A DNA stretch of 64,000 nt from the sequence record PV037725.1, one strand, 5' to 3'. The notes beneath the pieces were generated by a model. The model searched no databases. It was not told the origin of the DNA and saw nothing but the letters and a program-made list of their open reading frames with translations. Position 1 is the first letter of the stretch. Every line of letters starts with the position of its first letter. This document shows positions 19,632 through 28,749 of this stretch, piece after piece. The translations under genes and the position numbers were made by a program.

Positions 19632-21043
19632 GTCTTTTTCATGAAACGGAGGAAACTCCTATTAACCCCGAAGTGCAACCAGTAGAGGTCAAAGCCTATT
19701 GTGAAGCCTATCGGGGTATTGCTGTAGATACCAAGTACGTACCGCGTTCTAGTATGTTGGCATGGATCAATGGTTCTAATTGGCGTGCCAAGGCATACTA
19801 CTCGCAGATGTTGGATGCTACTCAAGAGCCGACGCCTCTGGCCTTAAACCGGAGACCGCCGTATCAACAGTACTACCAGATCATGAACATTGATATTAAA
19901 GTTAACCAACCTTTGGATATCAGTCAACGTGAAGATCTTCGTACTTTCAGTGTTACTGGTAGCGGTCACACTTATCCTGGCCTGGCTGCTAACTACGGCG
20001 ACATGTTTGTTGCTGATGTTGGCGATGGACGTGCTGGCCTTTTTACTGTTACTAGCGCTCGCCGTGAAACATACCTACGTGACTCCACCTACGCTATTGA
20101 GTGGAAGATGGTGGGATGGCTCACCGACCAGCAACAACAAGACTTAACAGAAAAGACACAGATTACTTATTACTGGGATGCTAATCGTTTAGCTGGTGGA
20201 TGTAACCCGTTCATCACTGAGGAAGACTATCACGATAACCAAGAGTTTGCTAAGACTCGCGGTGACATAATCCGTCGTTATATCGCTGACTTCTTCTCTA
20301 CCCAGTACTTTACGTTCATCGTACCAGACCAACTCAATAATACGTACGATCATTTCGTCGTAAAAGCGTTGCTCAGTATTTTGGACACCAAAGCTTATCG
20401 TGACCTGCGTCGAGCCAAAGTGCTTAATGTGATGAGTTTGTCTGTGATGCGTGAACCAACTGTATGGGACATGATCATCCAACAGAACTCTGTGATCGGT
20501 TGTGGTGCTACAGAGCGGGCTCACTTGGTAATGACGGCTATCTCGCGGTGGAAACCTGAGTTACAGGCGATCGGCTATTCGGGTATTCCTCGAATGGTTT
20601 ATCCTATTGACGCTCCGACTGACGTAGACTCCCAGTACGATGGTACAAACCGTTGTACGCCAGAAGGTATCCCTTACCAAGCCGGTCAACCTCGTCGACC
20701 CCCTAAAGGTAAATGGGAACCTCAGTGGACACGTAACGAACCTTGGTTCCGTCGTACACCACCTGAAGAACAGATCAATATCGATAAAGCTTGGTCATAC
20801 CCGCAAGACATCAAACCCGTCGTAATTGACGACTATTACGTTTTCTCTGAAGCCTTCTATTACGAAGATTCTAAACTTCAGAGTAAACTGGAACTATTAA
20901 CTTGGCAGATGATCAACAACGAACCACTTAATCGTCAGCAACTTAAAGCTGTCATTAAATGCTGTTTGTCGTGGGATAACCTTGAACGGTTCTATTACCA
21001 CCCCGTGTTGATTCTATTGTTGGGTTACGCTATCAGGAACTAA
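19628..21043 (+). CDS. Conserved virion structural protein
   Basis: 471 aa; ATGA overlap with the upstream gene. Confidence 0.55.
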   Translation: MSLFHETEETPINPEVQPVEVKAYCEAYRGIAVDTKYVPRSSMLAWINGSNWRAKAYYSQMLDATQEPTPLALNRRPPYQQYYQIMNIDIKVNQPLDISQREDLRTFSVTGSGHTYPGLAANYGDMFVADVGDGRAGLFTVTSARRETYLRDSTYAIEWKMVGWLTDQQQQDLTEKTQITYYWDANRLAGGCNPFITEEDYHDNQEFAKTRGDIIRRYIADFFSTQYFTFIVPDQLNNTYDHFVVKALLSILDTKAYRDLRRAKVLNVMSLSVMREPTVWDMIIQQNSVIGCGATERAHLVMTAISRWKPELQAIGYSGIPRMVYPIDAPTDVDSQYDGTNRCTPEGIPYQAGQPRRPPKGKWEPQWTRNEPWFRRTPPEEQINIDKAWSYPQDIKPVVIDDYYVFSEAFYYEDSKLQSKLELLTWQMINNEPLNRQQLKAVIKCCLSWDNLERFYYHPVLILLLGYAIRN

Positions 21044-21045
21044 TC

Positions 21046-21645
21046 ATGGCCGCTCCTCGCAAGTTTGAATTGTGTAAACGCAATACCCCAGCATGGCGAT
21101 TGTTTAACCTTCGCTTTAAATGCTTGGCTACTAACCTGATTGAAGTTACGTCAGAATACCTAGCCACTGGACAAGTAGTAATGAACGTGTCTGGTGACCC
21201 CACCGTAGACAAACTCTCGTCTGGTCGTATGGAAATCAAAAACCTTACGGCTGCTGCGATTGCTATGTTTATGGATGAGGGTCATGCGATTGCCATTACA
21301 GATATGTACGACTGTGTGCAGATCTACAATGACATCCAAGATCACTTGCATGATCACCTACGTGCATCCAGACAAGCTTTCCACAAAGATGACTTGCCAG
21401 AGATTGAGGAACTTAGGATGTTTGAAGCTTTAGCCCTAGAGGTCTACCAGACAGCTAAGCGACTAGAGCCTAAAGCATCCCAAGTCCATGGCGGTATCTT
21501 TGATAGCTTTATTGAAATGTCCCGTCGACGTAACCTGATTGCTACCAACAAATTCCTTAAAGCTCAACTGGAAACTGATGGTCAGCTCAAACCTTACATT
21601 TCGATCGTGGACGATATTGAGGCCAACATTGCGGAGCTTCGCTAA
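21046..21645 (+). CDS. Conserved jumbo-phage protein
   Basis: 199 aa; tightly packed in the late block. Confidence 0.55.
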   Translation: MAAPRKFELCKRNTPAWRLFNLRFKCLATNLIEVTSEYLATGQVVMNVSGDPTVDKLSSGRMEIKNLTAAAIAMFMDEGHAIAITDMYDCVQIYNDIQDHLHDHLRASRQAFHKDDLPEIEELRMFEALALEVYQTAKRLEPKASQVHGGIFDSFIEMSRRRNLIATNKFLKAQLETDGQLKPYISIVDDIEANIAELR

Positions 21646-23024
21646 TGTCATACGACGCCACATTACTTGTAAAAGAAGCAGAACGTGTCCGAGACAATGG
21701 TGAAGGTTACCACAACGTACGAACTACAGTAAACATCCTGGCTAATGGTAAGTGGACTCAACCTACTCGGGTTGAACACATTCACCTAGTTCGTGACTAT
21801 GGTACTGGTCCATTGGGTGACATTCGTAAGTTAGAGGTTCTGATGTTGTTAGGTGATTACACCTTCGACATCTTACCTTACCGTGATAAACTCACTATCG
21901 ACATTACCGAGATCCCTCTGATGGAGGGTAACTCTGCTCGGAACTGGGAACGTTTTGCTGGCACTAAACGGTATAAAGCCGTCCTCGATTTAGAGGGTGG
22001 TGACAACACCGTACTCACAAACAAACAATCAGCTATGCAATCGAAAGCTCAAATGAACCAGGTTGGTATGAAGACGGTGGTCTTTACCCTAGTTGATGAG
22101 ATCTGTTACAAGCTGATGATGGTAACAACTGGACTTACCCTGAAATCAATGACGGCATTGGATATGATTCAATACGTACATGACTTCTACTTTAAGCAAT
22201 TGTTCAAAGGATCGAGTGAACGTATCGAGGGGATAAACGTTTGGCGTGACCAATCAAACCCTGAGTTGATTCACCAACTAGCCTTGCCTGATGGTATTCC
22301 ACTTAAAGATGTTTGCCGGTTCATTCAGAACGACGAGTGTGGAGTTTACCCAACTGGACTAGGTAGGTATATCCAGAACAAGCAGTTCTATGTGTATCCG
22401 TTGTTTGATACAACTCGGTATTCAAAGAACACTAAAGTGCTCAACATTATCAACATGCCGAACGACCGCTTTAAAGGTTCGGAGAAAACATTCCTTGATA
22501 CTGATAAGTCTCTAACAATCATCGTGACTGGTACAGCCATTGCGGATGATAAATCTACGGGTACTAAGATCCAAGATGGTAACGGCTACCGCTTCGGCGA
22601 CCTAACCAAATTACTTAATACTGGTACGATTAAAGACAACAGGATGTTGATTGACCGAGCGACTAATCTGTATGAAGTCACCTCTGAGCCTTTAGCAGAT
22701 GGTTTAAACAACATGCGTTGGTCAGAAGATCGGTTCACAGCTAACCCATTTAAACAGTACACACTGATGGCTCAACAACAGGGTCAACCAGTTACAGTAC
22801 AATGGACACGTGGAGTAGCTGACCTACTTGAACCAGGGATGCCTGTAAAGTTCCAGACCATCGACGGCAATACAGTTAATACTTACTACGGAACCCTATT
22901 AGGTGTAAACGATAACCGTGCACCTGTAGATGCCGGTAACATTAGTACTCGTTTTGACGGGATCACTACGTTGAGCCTATTCCTTGTAAGATTAACCCAA
23001 ACTGCCGAAGACGATGCAGCCTAA
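21645..23024 (+). CDS. Baseplate hub-like virion protein (phiKZ gp101-like)
   Basis: 459 aa; TAATG overlap; C-terminal DLLEPGMPVKF ~ hub-type 'L.PG..V' motif. Confidence 0.5.
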   Translation: MSYDATLLVKEAERVRDNGEGYHNVRTTVNILANGKWTQPTRVEHIHLVRDYGTGPLGDIRKLEVLMLLGDYTFDILPYRDKLTIDITEIPLMEGNSARNWERFAGTKRYKAVLDLEGGDNTVLTNKQSAMQSKAQMNQVGMKTVVFTLVDEICYKLMMVTTGLTLKSMTALDMIQYVHDFYFKQLFKGSSERIEGINVWRDQSNPELIHQLALPDGIPLKDVCRFIQNDECGVYPTGLGRYIQNKQFYVYPLFDTTRYSKNTKVLNIINMPNDRFKGSEKTFLDTDKSLTIIVTGTAIADDKSTGTKIQDGNGYRFGDLTKLLNTGTIKDNRMLIDRATNLYEVTSEPLADGLNNMRWSEDRFTANPFKQYTLMAQQQGQPVTVQWTRGVADLLEPGMPVKFQTIDGNTVNTYYGTLLGVNDNRAPVDAGNISTRFDGITTLSLFLVRLTQTAEDDAA

Positions 23025-23037
23025 CCGGAAGGACCAC

Positions 23038-23409
23038 ATGAACGTATATTTTCACATTGATCAATCGTGGTCCTACCATTTCTTAACTAGACATAAAAAA
23101 ATTATAGCTAACTATGATTTCTTCACCTTCAGTGATCGGTTCATTACAACTGGCATTAACGCCCTCATGGCGCACGCCAATTACCAGTTGAATAAAGACC
23201 CGACACTGTTCTCAACAACCATGGACCAGATCCACCGGCTATGCGACGACTATCCTCTATTAGGTCAGTATATACCACAGGCTATTAATCAGTTCAGAGC
23301 TATCCATCAGGACGCATTGAATGGTATCAATAGACCCATCATCAACTATCAGCCGATTATCGATGACATGTATATCCTGACTGGTGTTGTATTCACACTT
23401 GTTATTTAA
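23038..23409 (+). CDS. Hypothetical protein
   Basis: ATG 23038 after SD GAAGGA; 123 aa. Confidence 0.6.
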   Translation: MNVYFHIDQSWSYHFLTRHKKIIANYDFFTFSDRFITTGINALMAHANYQLNKDPTLFSTTMDQIHRLCDDYPLLGQYIPQAINQFRAIHQDALNGINRPIINYQPIIDDMYILTGVVFTLVI

Positions 23410-23423
23410 AGGCTTTTAAAGCC

Positions 23424-23431
23424 TATATTAC
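23424..23431 (+). promoter_or_regulatory. phiKZ-type early promoter (TATATTAC)
   Basis: Exact TATATTAC preceded by TTTTAAAGCC, upstream of the first gene of the accessory island. Confidence 0.75.
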
Positions 23432-23460
23432 TTTTGTGAATTAATTGAGAGGTGATCGCT

Positions 23461-23634
23461 ATGTTTGGTAGTTTCTTTGATGAATCCAAGACTCCTGAAG
23501 AAAACAAAAAGGAGTCTGAGAAGGCGCGTCACAATCGTGACATCTTCCTGTGTGCCAGTGCGGCATTGGGTTTAATTACAGCAGCAGTAGCTGCGGGTTT
23601 CGCTGTTAAGAAAGTGGTAGACGAAATCGTGTGA
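23461..23634 (+). CDS. Small protein with C-terminal membrane anchor
   Basis: SD GAGGTG; hydrophobic IFLCASAALGLITAAVAAGFAV. Confidence 0.65.
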   Translation: MFGSFFDESKTPEENKKESEKARHNRDIFLCASAALGLITAAVAAGFAVKKVVDEIV

Positions 23635-23682
23635 AGCTGTACAATTAGATGAGGGGAAACCCGAATCTTTTTGGAGGCCAAC

Positions 23683-24165
23683 ATGGTAGAATTCGTAATC
23701 GGTACTGACATCTTCAAACACGAAGGTGATCTTTATCTAATCACTGTAAACTGCGTAGGAGTTATGGGTACAGGCTTAGCAAAGTCTTTCAAGCTAGCAC
23801 ATCCTGATCTTTACGAGCAATATCGCCACGACTGCAAGATGAAAATGATTACCATCGGTAATCCAGTAATCTACAAAGCCGATAACGGGAAACGTTACAT
23901 GATGTTCCCCACCAAAGATCGTTGGCAAGACGGATCTTTACCGAACTACATCTCTGCTGGTTTACAGTGGATGGTAGACTCGGTAGGTGAAGACGAAGAC
24001 ATTGATCCTAAGTGGAAGATAGTCATACCCCCATTGGGTTGCGCTAACGGTGGACTCAGCTTTACACAAGTTCGAGAAACCATCAAGACGTTTGGCGAAG
24101 CCATGCCTAATCCAATCGTAGTGGTTTATCCACCCTGGATGGAAGCTGGTGAACATTGGGACTAA
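23683..24165 (+). CDS. DarG-like macrodomain ADP-ribosyl hydrolase
   Basis: TVNCVGVMGTGLA, FPTKDRW and IPPLGCANGGL match the DarG macrodomain signature motifs; SD GGAGG. Confidence 0.85.
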   Translation: MVEFVIGTDIFKHEGDLYLITVNCVGVMGTGLAKSFKLAHPDLYEQYRHDCKMKMITIGNPVIYKADNGKRYMMFPTKDRWQDGSLPNYISAGLQWMVDSVGEDEDIDPKWKIVIPPLGCANGGLSFTQVRETIKTFGEAMPNPIVVVYPPWMEAGEHWD

Positions 24166-24195
24166 CATACTGCCAGCCTATGGGCTGGCTTTATG
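24166..24195. terminator. CATA-hairpin-TATG element
   Basis: CATA ct GCCAGCC TATG GGCTGGC tt TATG. Confidence 0.85.
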
Positions 24196-24220
24196 CCGTT
24201 ATTAGAAAGCAATTTATCGC

Positions 24221-24228
24221 TATATTAC
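24221..24228 (+). promoter_or_regulatory. phiKZ-type early promoter (TATATTAC)
   Basis: Exact motif; shares the 20-mer CTATATTACTTTTGTGAATT with the 23423 promoter. Confidence 0.75.
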
Positions 24229-24259
24229 TTTTGTGAATTTAACCTAAGGAGTTTGTATC

Positions 24260-24436
24260 ATGGCCCATGCACGAGCTGTATTGATTCATTTCGAACGCGA
24301 CGATGGTTCGGTAACCCACAGTACCATGTCCGGCTCGCAATTGAGTTCGGTGGTGGCTGGTTCTAAAGCCGAAGCTGAAACCCTCATGGTTGAAAAGCTG
24401 AAAGAGCTGGGTGCTCACTCGTTCGAGTTTGTCTAA
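24260..24436 (+). CDS. Small early protein (58 aa, below the ORF-track cutoff)
   Basis: SD AAGGAG; MAHARAVLIHFERDDGSVTHSTMSGSQLSSVVAGSKAEAETLMVEKLKELGAHSFEFV. Confidence 0.75.
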   Translation: MAHARAVLIHFERDDGSVTHSTMSGSQLSSVVAGSKAEAETLMVEKLKELGAHSFEFV

Positions 24437-24464
24437 AGCCTTTTTAACTCAAGGAGTTTGAAAC

Positions 24465-24905
24465 ATGACGTTACTCACCCAAGAATACCTCGACGACAAT
24501 GTCGACTTGGATGAACTGGAAAAAACCTATTCGTCTATATTGAGCCGTGGTCTCGAAGAACGCATCAAAAGTGGGGATGCGGCTAACGACACATTCCGTT
24601 TGCCGGAAGGGTTCCGTGATCGCATCATTAAGTTCCTCGAGGAACGTAAGAAGGTCCTGAACAAAAAGATCTTCTGGTTCACGTATCGGGTAGATACTGC
24701 GGGTCAACCCTGGGTTGATTTCCCAGTGGTTGGTTATCGCTTCGGTAACCCGCCTGACACCGCACTGAACACCCCATCTGTCATGGGTGCTGTGAAGCGT
24801 ATGGTCAAGCGTAACAACATCCTCAAAGTCACTGTGAGTGGCCCAGTGCCACAACACTGGTTCCATGGCCCAATGGCTGGTTTCCCTGAATCTGCTTGTT
24901 CCTAA
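24465..24905 (+). CDS. Hypothetical early protein
   Basis: SD AAGGAG; 146 aa; host-like codon usage. Confidence 0.7.
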   Translation: MTLLTQEYLDDNVDLDELEKTYSSILSRGLEERIKSGDAANDTFRLPEGFRDRIIKFLEERKKVLNKKIFWFTYRVDTAGQPWVDFPVVGYRFGNPPDTALNTPSVMGAVKRMVKRNNILKVTVSGPVPQHWFHGPMAGFPESACS

Positions 24906-24915
24906 GGAGTTTTAT

Positions 24916-25266
24916 ATGTGCCGTAAACTAGGTAAGGGTCACCTGGAATACATCAACCGCCGTGACAACATGTACGAGGTTGGTGAAGATGGTGTCAAGC
25001 GTATGCGGCGTACTCATGCTGGGCGCCGTGTTGATAAACACCATGGTACCAACATACTCAACACCATGACTGACTACCGTGACAAGATCTGGAGTTGGTT
25101 TCCCGACCAAGCTTTCAAAACCCAGTGTGCCACGGCAGCCAAAACCAAGAAGCTGGAACAACTGCAAAAGTTGTGCAATCATGGAATGGGTCGCCTCGGC
25201 CGTAAACGTCGGGAGCATCTCCGTCGTAATAACGTTTCAGTCATTAGCCGTAACATGAGGACTTAA
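24916..25266 (+). CDS. Basic hypothetical protein starting MCRKLG
   Basis: ATG 24916 after SD AAGGAG; Arg/Lys-rich; 116 aa. Confidence 0.7.
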   Translation: MCRKLGKGHLEYINRRDNMYEVGEDGVKRMRRTHAGRRVDKHHGTNILNTMTDYRDKIWSWFPDQAFKTQCATAAKTKKLEQLQKLCNHGMGRLGRKRREHLRRNNVSVISRNMRT

Positions 25267-25607
25267 TGAAAGAAAATCTGATTGACTCACTGGTCATAGT
25301 TGCTGCGATAACTATGGCGGTTGTAGGTGGGGCTATCGCAGTGTCAGTTCCAGCAATGGATAAATACAAAGCTGACAAACTGTATCAGGAAGCAATGATT
25401 GAACTCACTGTCCTTGTAACGGACATGAATAAACTACCGTTGTTTCGTGATATGAAACTCGTGGATAAATGGCTTAACATTAAGCCAGAATACGATGCCT
25501 TCATGGAGGGTATCTTGTTCAACCTCGAACCCACCGATGCAAGAAAACTCAGTGCTCGAATCCGAGTTGCTGTTAATAAACTTTTGGAAATAGGTGTAGA
25601 ACAATGA
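25266..25607 (+). CDS. N-terminally membrane-anchored protein
   Basis: Hydrophobic LVIVAAITMAVVGGAIAVSV; TAATG overlap. Confidence 0.7.
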   Translation: MKENLIDSLVIVAAITMAVVGGAIAVSVPAMDKYKADKLYQEAMIELTVLVTDMNKLPLFRDMKLVDKWLNIKPEYDAFMEGILFNLEPTDARKLSARIRVAVNKLLEIGVEQ

Positions 25608-25735
25608 AATATGGTATCGCTGCTGTAACCGCAATCGCCGCTGCTGCTGTTGGCTACTGGTACTTCACTCGTGAAGAAGAAACCGTAGCTCCGGCTGAAG
25701 AGCCTGTTACCGCCACTGAAGAACCATCCATCTAA
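25604..25735 (+). CDS. 43 aa membrane-anchored peptide with acidic tail
   Basis: ATGA overlap; MKYGIAAVTAIAAAAVGYWYFTREEETVAPAEEPVTATEEPSI. Confidence 0.7.
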   Translation: MKYGIAAVTAIAAAAVGYWYFTREEETVAPAEEPVTATEEPSI

Positions 25736-25753
25736 TCACCTGGAGTTATCCCT

Positions 25754-26023
25754 ATGTTCGGTTCCATCCTGAAGTACACCGCTGTAGCGCTCGCTGGCGC
25801 AGTAATCTTCACCACCTCTGGCTTCTTCATGGATGCCGACGTAGTGGAGAAAGCTAAATCGGAAATCGAAGCTTACGACCTCACCCAACTGGATCTGCCT
25901 GACGCAGAACGTAAAGAAAAGGTCAAGGCTTTCATCGTCATCAACCGTGCTGAATGGTTGGCTCAACTCACCTTCGCTACAAGCGTAAAAGACCTCGACG
26001 CCGTGCTGGCGACCTGGGCTTAA
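25754..26023 (+). CDS. N-terminally membrane-anchored or exported protein
   Basis: SD GGAG; YTAVALAGAVIFTTSGFF. Confidence 0.7.
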   Translation: MFGSILKYTAVALAGAVIFTTSGFFMDADVVEKAKSEIEAYDLTQLDLPDAERKEKVKAFIVINRAEWLAQLTFATSVKDLDAVLATWA

Positions 26024-26050
26024 ACAATAACTCGGTATAGGAAATATCAC

Positions 26051-26344
26051 ATGTCGTTACGTCGTAAGCATTACCCCAACGATGGTCGTTTCGAGCGTCC
26101 AACGTCGCATATCGCTGGTGTGGGTGATGCACAGGGTGCGGGTGTATTGTTGGACGAAATGGTAGATTCCATTATCTGCCAGGTCCGTGATCCATTCGCA
26201 ACCTTCGTAGATCCTAATAACTATCACGACGTGATGGTTCTGGATACCGAGGGTTGTCTGAACAGCATGGTCGCTGGGGTAGCCGAAGCACTCGGTCTTC
26301 CTAGTGGTCTGTCGTTCGAAGATGTATTTGCTCGTATCGTGTAA
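26051..26344 (+). CDS. Hypothetical protein
   Basis: SD AGGAA; 97 aa. Confidence 0.65.
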   Translation: MSLRRKHYPNDGRFERPTSHIAGVGDAQGAGVLLDEMVDSIICQVRDPFATFVDPNNYHDVMVLDTEGCLNSMVAGVAEALGLPSGLSFEDVFARIV

Positions 26345-26347
26345 CAA

Positions 26348-26372
26348 CCTGGGGGCTTCGGCCCCCGGCTTC
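26348..26372 (+). terminator. GC-rich UUCG hairpin, terminator-like
   Basis: CC T GGGGGC TTCG GCCCCC GG CTTC right after the stop. Confidence 0.6.
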
Positions 26373-26400
26373 AATCAAAATTAATCAAAGGGTAATAATC

Positions 26401-26553
26401 ATGAAATACGCACTCATTCTGGTAGGTGTTGTACTCGGTGGTCTGTTCACTAACGCTAAAATGACCCCGCCGGTCCAACACACTGACAAAACTGAAATCG
26501 TCTACGGTACCCGTATCGACGGTCTTGGTCAACTCATGCTCGTAACCAAGTAA
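26401..26553 (+). CDS. 50 aa signal-anchored peptide
   Basis: MKYALILVGVVLGGLFTNAKMTPPVQHTDKTEIVYGTRIDGLGQLMLVTK; SD AAAGGG. Confidence 0.65.
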   Translation: MKYALILVGVVLGGLFTNAKMTPPVQHTDKTEIVYGTRIDGLGQLMLVTK

Positions 26554-26562
26554 GGATCTACC

Positions 26563-27300
26563 ATGCAACAGCATAATCATCAGCTTGATCAACCCATCAG
26601 CTTTCAACAACTTTTCGGTGTACGCCCAGATGCTGCACAGGTTATTGGCGCTCGTCCACCGAGTGTTAGTAAGTATGACCAGACAACGGTTATCCGCATG
26701 GGTAATCAAATCGCTACCATCATGGTTGACGCGGCTATTCCATTCTCGACCGAGGGTGTACATCGTTTAGTTCTACGTTGTATCGAATTCGGTGTAAGTA
26801 CGCCACGTGGGGTTGAGTGCATGGTAAAAGCTGCGCATGGCGAGTGCTTCTCGAACAGAGAGCGCATCGGCTTTGTTGCAGAAGCCATCGTCTGGGAATA
26901 CGTAAGTGAGCGCTCGCTGACAGTATCCAAAGAAGATGTCCTACTCCAGGCACAGCTGGTAGCTAACTGTGTTGGGGATGTACCCTACGATGACGTTACC
27001 TTGGATCTGATCCAGCGAACCCAGTTGGTTGCGGTGGTAAAAAAGTCGAGCACTGACCAACCTACCTGCAAGCCGAAGCCTGAGCTGATAAACCTGCTTG
27101 AGCTGGAAGAGAACCACTATCGCTCAGTGCGTAACGACAACGAGTTCGTTATCAGTCGTGAGTTTGGCATTCATCCGACCTCGGGTGAGCCTATGTACGG
27201 TCAGTGGGTTTTGCGTAACTATCATACCGGTGAGTTCATTGACTCTGATCGTTACATCAACGACATCACTGAACGTAACCATTTCCATATCGTTCGTTAA
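26563..27300 (+). CDS. Hypothetical protein with C-terminal GQWVLR...D.D.Y..D..ER module
   Basis: 245 aa; SD AAGGA. Confidence 0.65.
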   Translation: MQQHNHQLDQPISFQQLFGVRPDAAQVIGARPPSVSKYDQTTVIRMGNQIATIMVDAAIPFSTEGVHRLVLRCIEFGVSTPRGVECMVKAAHGECFSNRERIGFVAEAIVWEYVSERSLTVSKEDVLLQAQLVANCVGDVPYDDVTLDLIQRTQLVAVVKKSSTDQPTCKPKPELINLLELEENHYRSVRNDNEFVISREFGIHPTSGEPMYGQWVLRNYHTGEFIDSDRYINDITERNHFHIVR

Positions 27301-27312
27301 GGAGTTACAACC

Positions 27313-27732
27313 ATGTCGCATGTTTCTGAATTCAAACGCCTTACGGCCAGCATCCTCGCTGACCTCGAAGCTCTTAAAGCTAACCTGACCGCGATCGCTG
27401 CCGACCCTGAATTCGGAAACATTGTGGCCGAACTGAACGAACTCGATGAGCGTCGGGTTACTCTACTGGAGCCGATGGTTCTCCAGGTGCGGTTGCAAGA
27501 AGCATTGGCGGTCGCAGCCGACATCAGTCTGATCGATTACGTCAATCGTAAAGATCCACTGCGCAAACTCAAGAATGAAGCTGGCGTAAGCTGGTTCTTC
27601 CCAACCCAAACAAGCCGTCGCGTTACCGTGGATGCTATCAAGGCAGTCCGTGAATGTCTGGATCATCGTTTGATCGATATCCGTGACGGTAAGCGCATCT
27701 GTGAACTCATTGCACAAGGACTGATCAAATGA
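27313..27732 (+). CDS. Coiled-coil protein with ribosomal bL12 (L7/L12) C-terminal-domain-like motif
   Basis: VDAIKAVRECL...IRDGKRICE resembles the I.AIK.VR...L.eAK..ve motif of the bL12 CTD; SD AAGGAG. Confidence 0.5.
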   Translation: MSHVSEFKRLTASILADLEALKANLTAIAADPEFGNIVAELNELDERRVTLLEPMVLQVRLQEALAVAADISLIDYVNRKDPLRKLKNEAGVSWFFPTQTSRRVTVDAIKAVRECLDHRLIDIRDGKRICELIAQGLIK

Positions 27733-28052
27733 CAACCGTTGAAGAAAAGCTGGCCCTGGCTGTTAAGACCGGTAACGAACTGAAGCGTGATGTCGGTCTG
27801 GGTAAAGAGTGGCATGGTGTTTATGCCGCTCATGACCAGGGCATCATCCTGGAGTTCATCTACCAGAAGGCCAATGCAGCCTACCCAGAGATCACCAAGG
27901 TGTCTTCGATTGTCACCACGTTCTGGGAACTCTTTGGTATCTGCAAAGGTATCTTCCGTCATGATGCCAACACCCAGATGTACTACGTTCACAAGCGTCG
28001 CTTCAAGCGTCACCTGAAGAAAGCTTTGTGCCGTAGTCGGTGTATCCAGTGA
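27729..28052 (+). CDS. Hypothetical protein, basic C-terminus
   Basis: ATGA overlap; 107 aa. Confidence 0.65.
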   Translation: MTTVEEKLALAVKTGNELKRDVGLGKEWHGVYAAHDQGIILEFIYQKANAAYPEITKVSSIVTTFWELFGICKGIFRHDANTQMYYVHKRRFKRHLKKALCRSRCIQ

Positions 28053-28348
28053 AACCGGTGTTGCATGTCATGCTACCCGCTGGACTTGTACTGCTTACGG
28101 CCACTACGCTCATGGTAGCTGAGTGTGTGGCTAACGTTACACCTGAAGCTGAGATCCAATCGGCCATTGATGGTTTGGAGAATCGCCTGAATGCATATCG
28201 TGCACAAGTGGAGAACGAAGCTGAAGCGAAACGGTTGTTCAGCTACTATTATGGTGGCTTGATGGCAAAGTATCGGTTGGCCAAGTATCATCCAACTCTT
28301 TTACTAAAACTAGAAACCCGCTACGTCGAACTGACTCGACCTAGTTAA
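28049..28348 (+). CDS. Putative exported or membrane-anchored protein
   Basis: GTGA overlap start; hydrophobic LPAGLVLLTATTLMVA. Confidence 0.55.
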   Translation: MKPVLHVMLPAGLVLLTATTLMVAECVANVTPEAEIQSAIDGLENRLNAYRAQVENEAEAKRLFSYYYGGLMAKYRLAKYHPTLLLKLETRYVELTRPS

Positions 28349-28369
28349 TAGACAATAGGAGTATTACCC

Positions 28370-28696
28370 GTGGACAAGACTACTATCATTGGTTGCGCAG
28401 TTGGTGTAGCAGTTACTGTTGGCGCTATCATCGGCCTGAGCATTTGGAACAACCGCAACCAGTGGGATCAGGACATCGCAGACGCTGAGATCATCGAACT
28501 GACCGATATCTACAACGCGGCTATCCATGAGTTCCCAGCTGACCATAACCGTGCAATCTTCTGGTTCGATGTAGAAGCTGCGAAGAAGCGTGATGCCTTC
28601 CTGGCTAAGAACAAACAGCATGAAGAACATGTTGCGTGGCTGGCTCGTTTTGAAGCCCAGTGTGTTCATCTGCGCAAAGCTTTGCGTAAGGGTTAA
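28370..28696 (+). CDS. N-terminally membrane-anchored protein
   Basis: SD AGGAG, GTG start; IIGCAVGVAVTVGAIIGLSIW. Confidence 0.7.
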   Translation: MDKTTIIGCAVGVAVTVGAIIGLSIWNNRNQWDQDIADAEIIELTDIYNAAIHEFPADHNRAIFWFDVEAAKKRDAFLAKNKQHEEHVAWLARFEAQCVHLRKALRKG

Positions 28697-28705
28697 TCAA
28701 CTTAA

Positions 28706-28733
28706 GCCCCTCCTAGTGATGGGGCATTTATTT
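28706..28733 (+). terminator. Intrinsic terminator variant
   Basis: GCCCC...GGGGC followed by ATTTATTT. Confidence 0.6.
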
Positions 28734-28749
28734 CGTTAGGAGCTTTATC

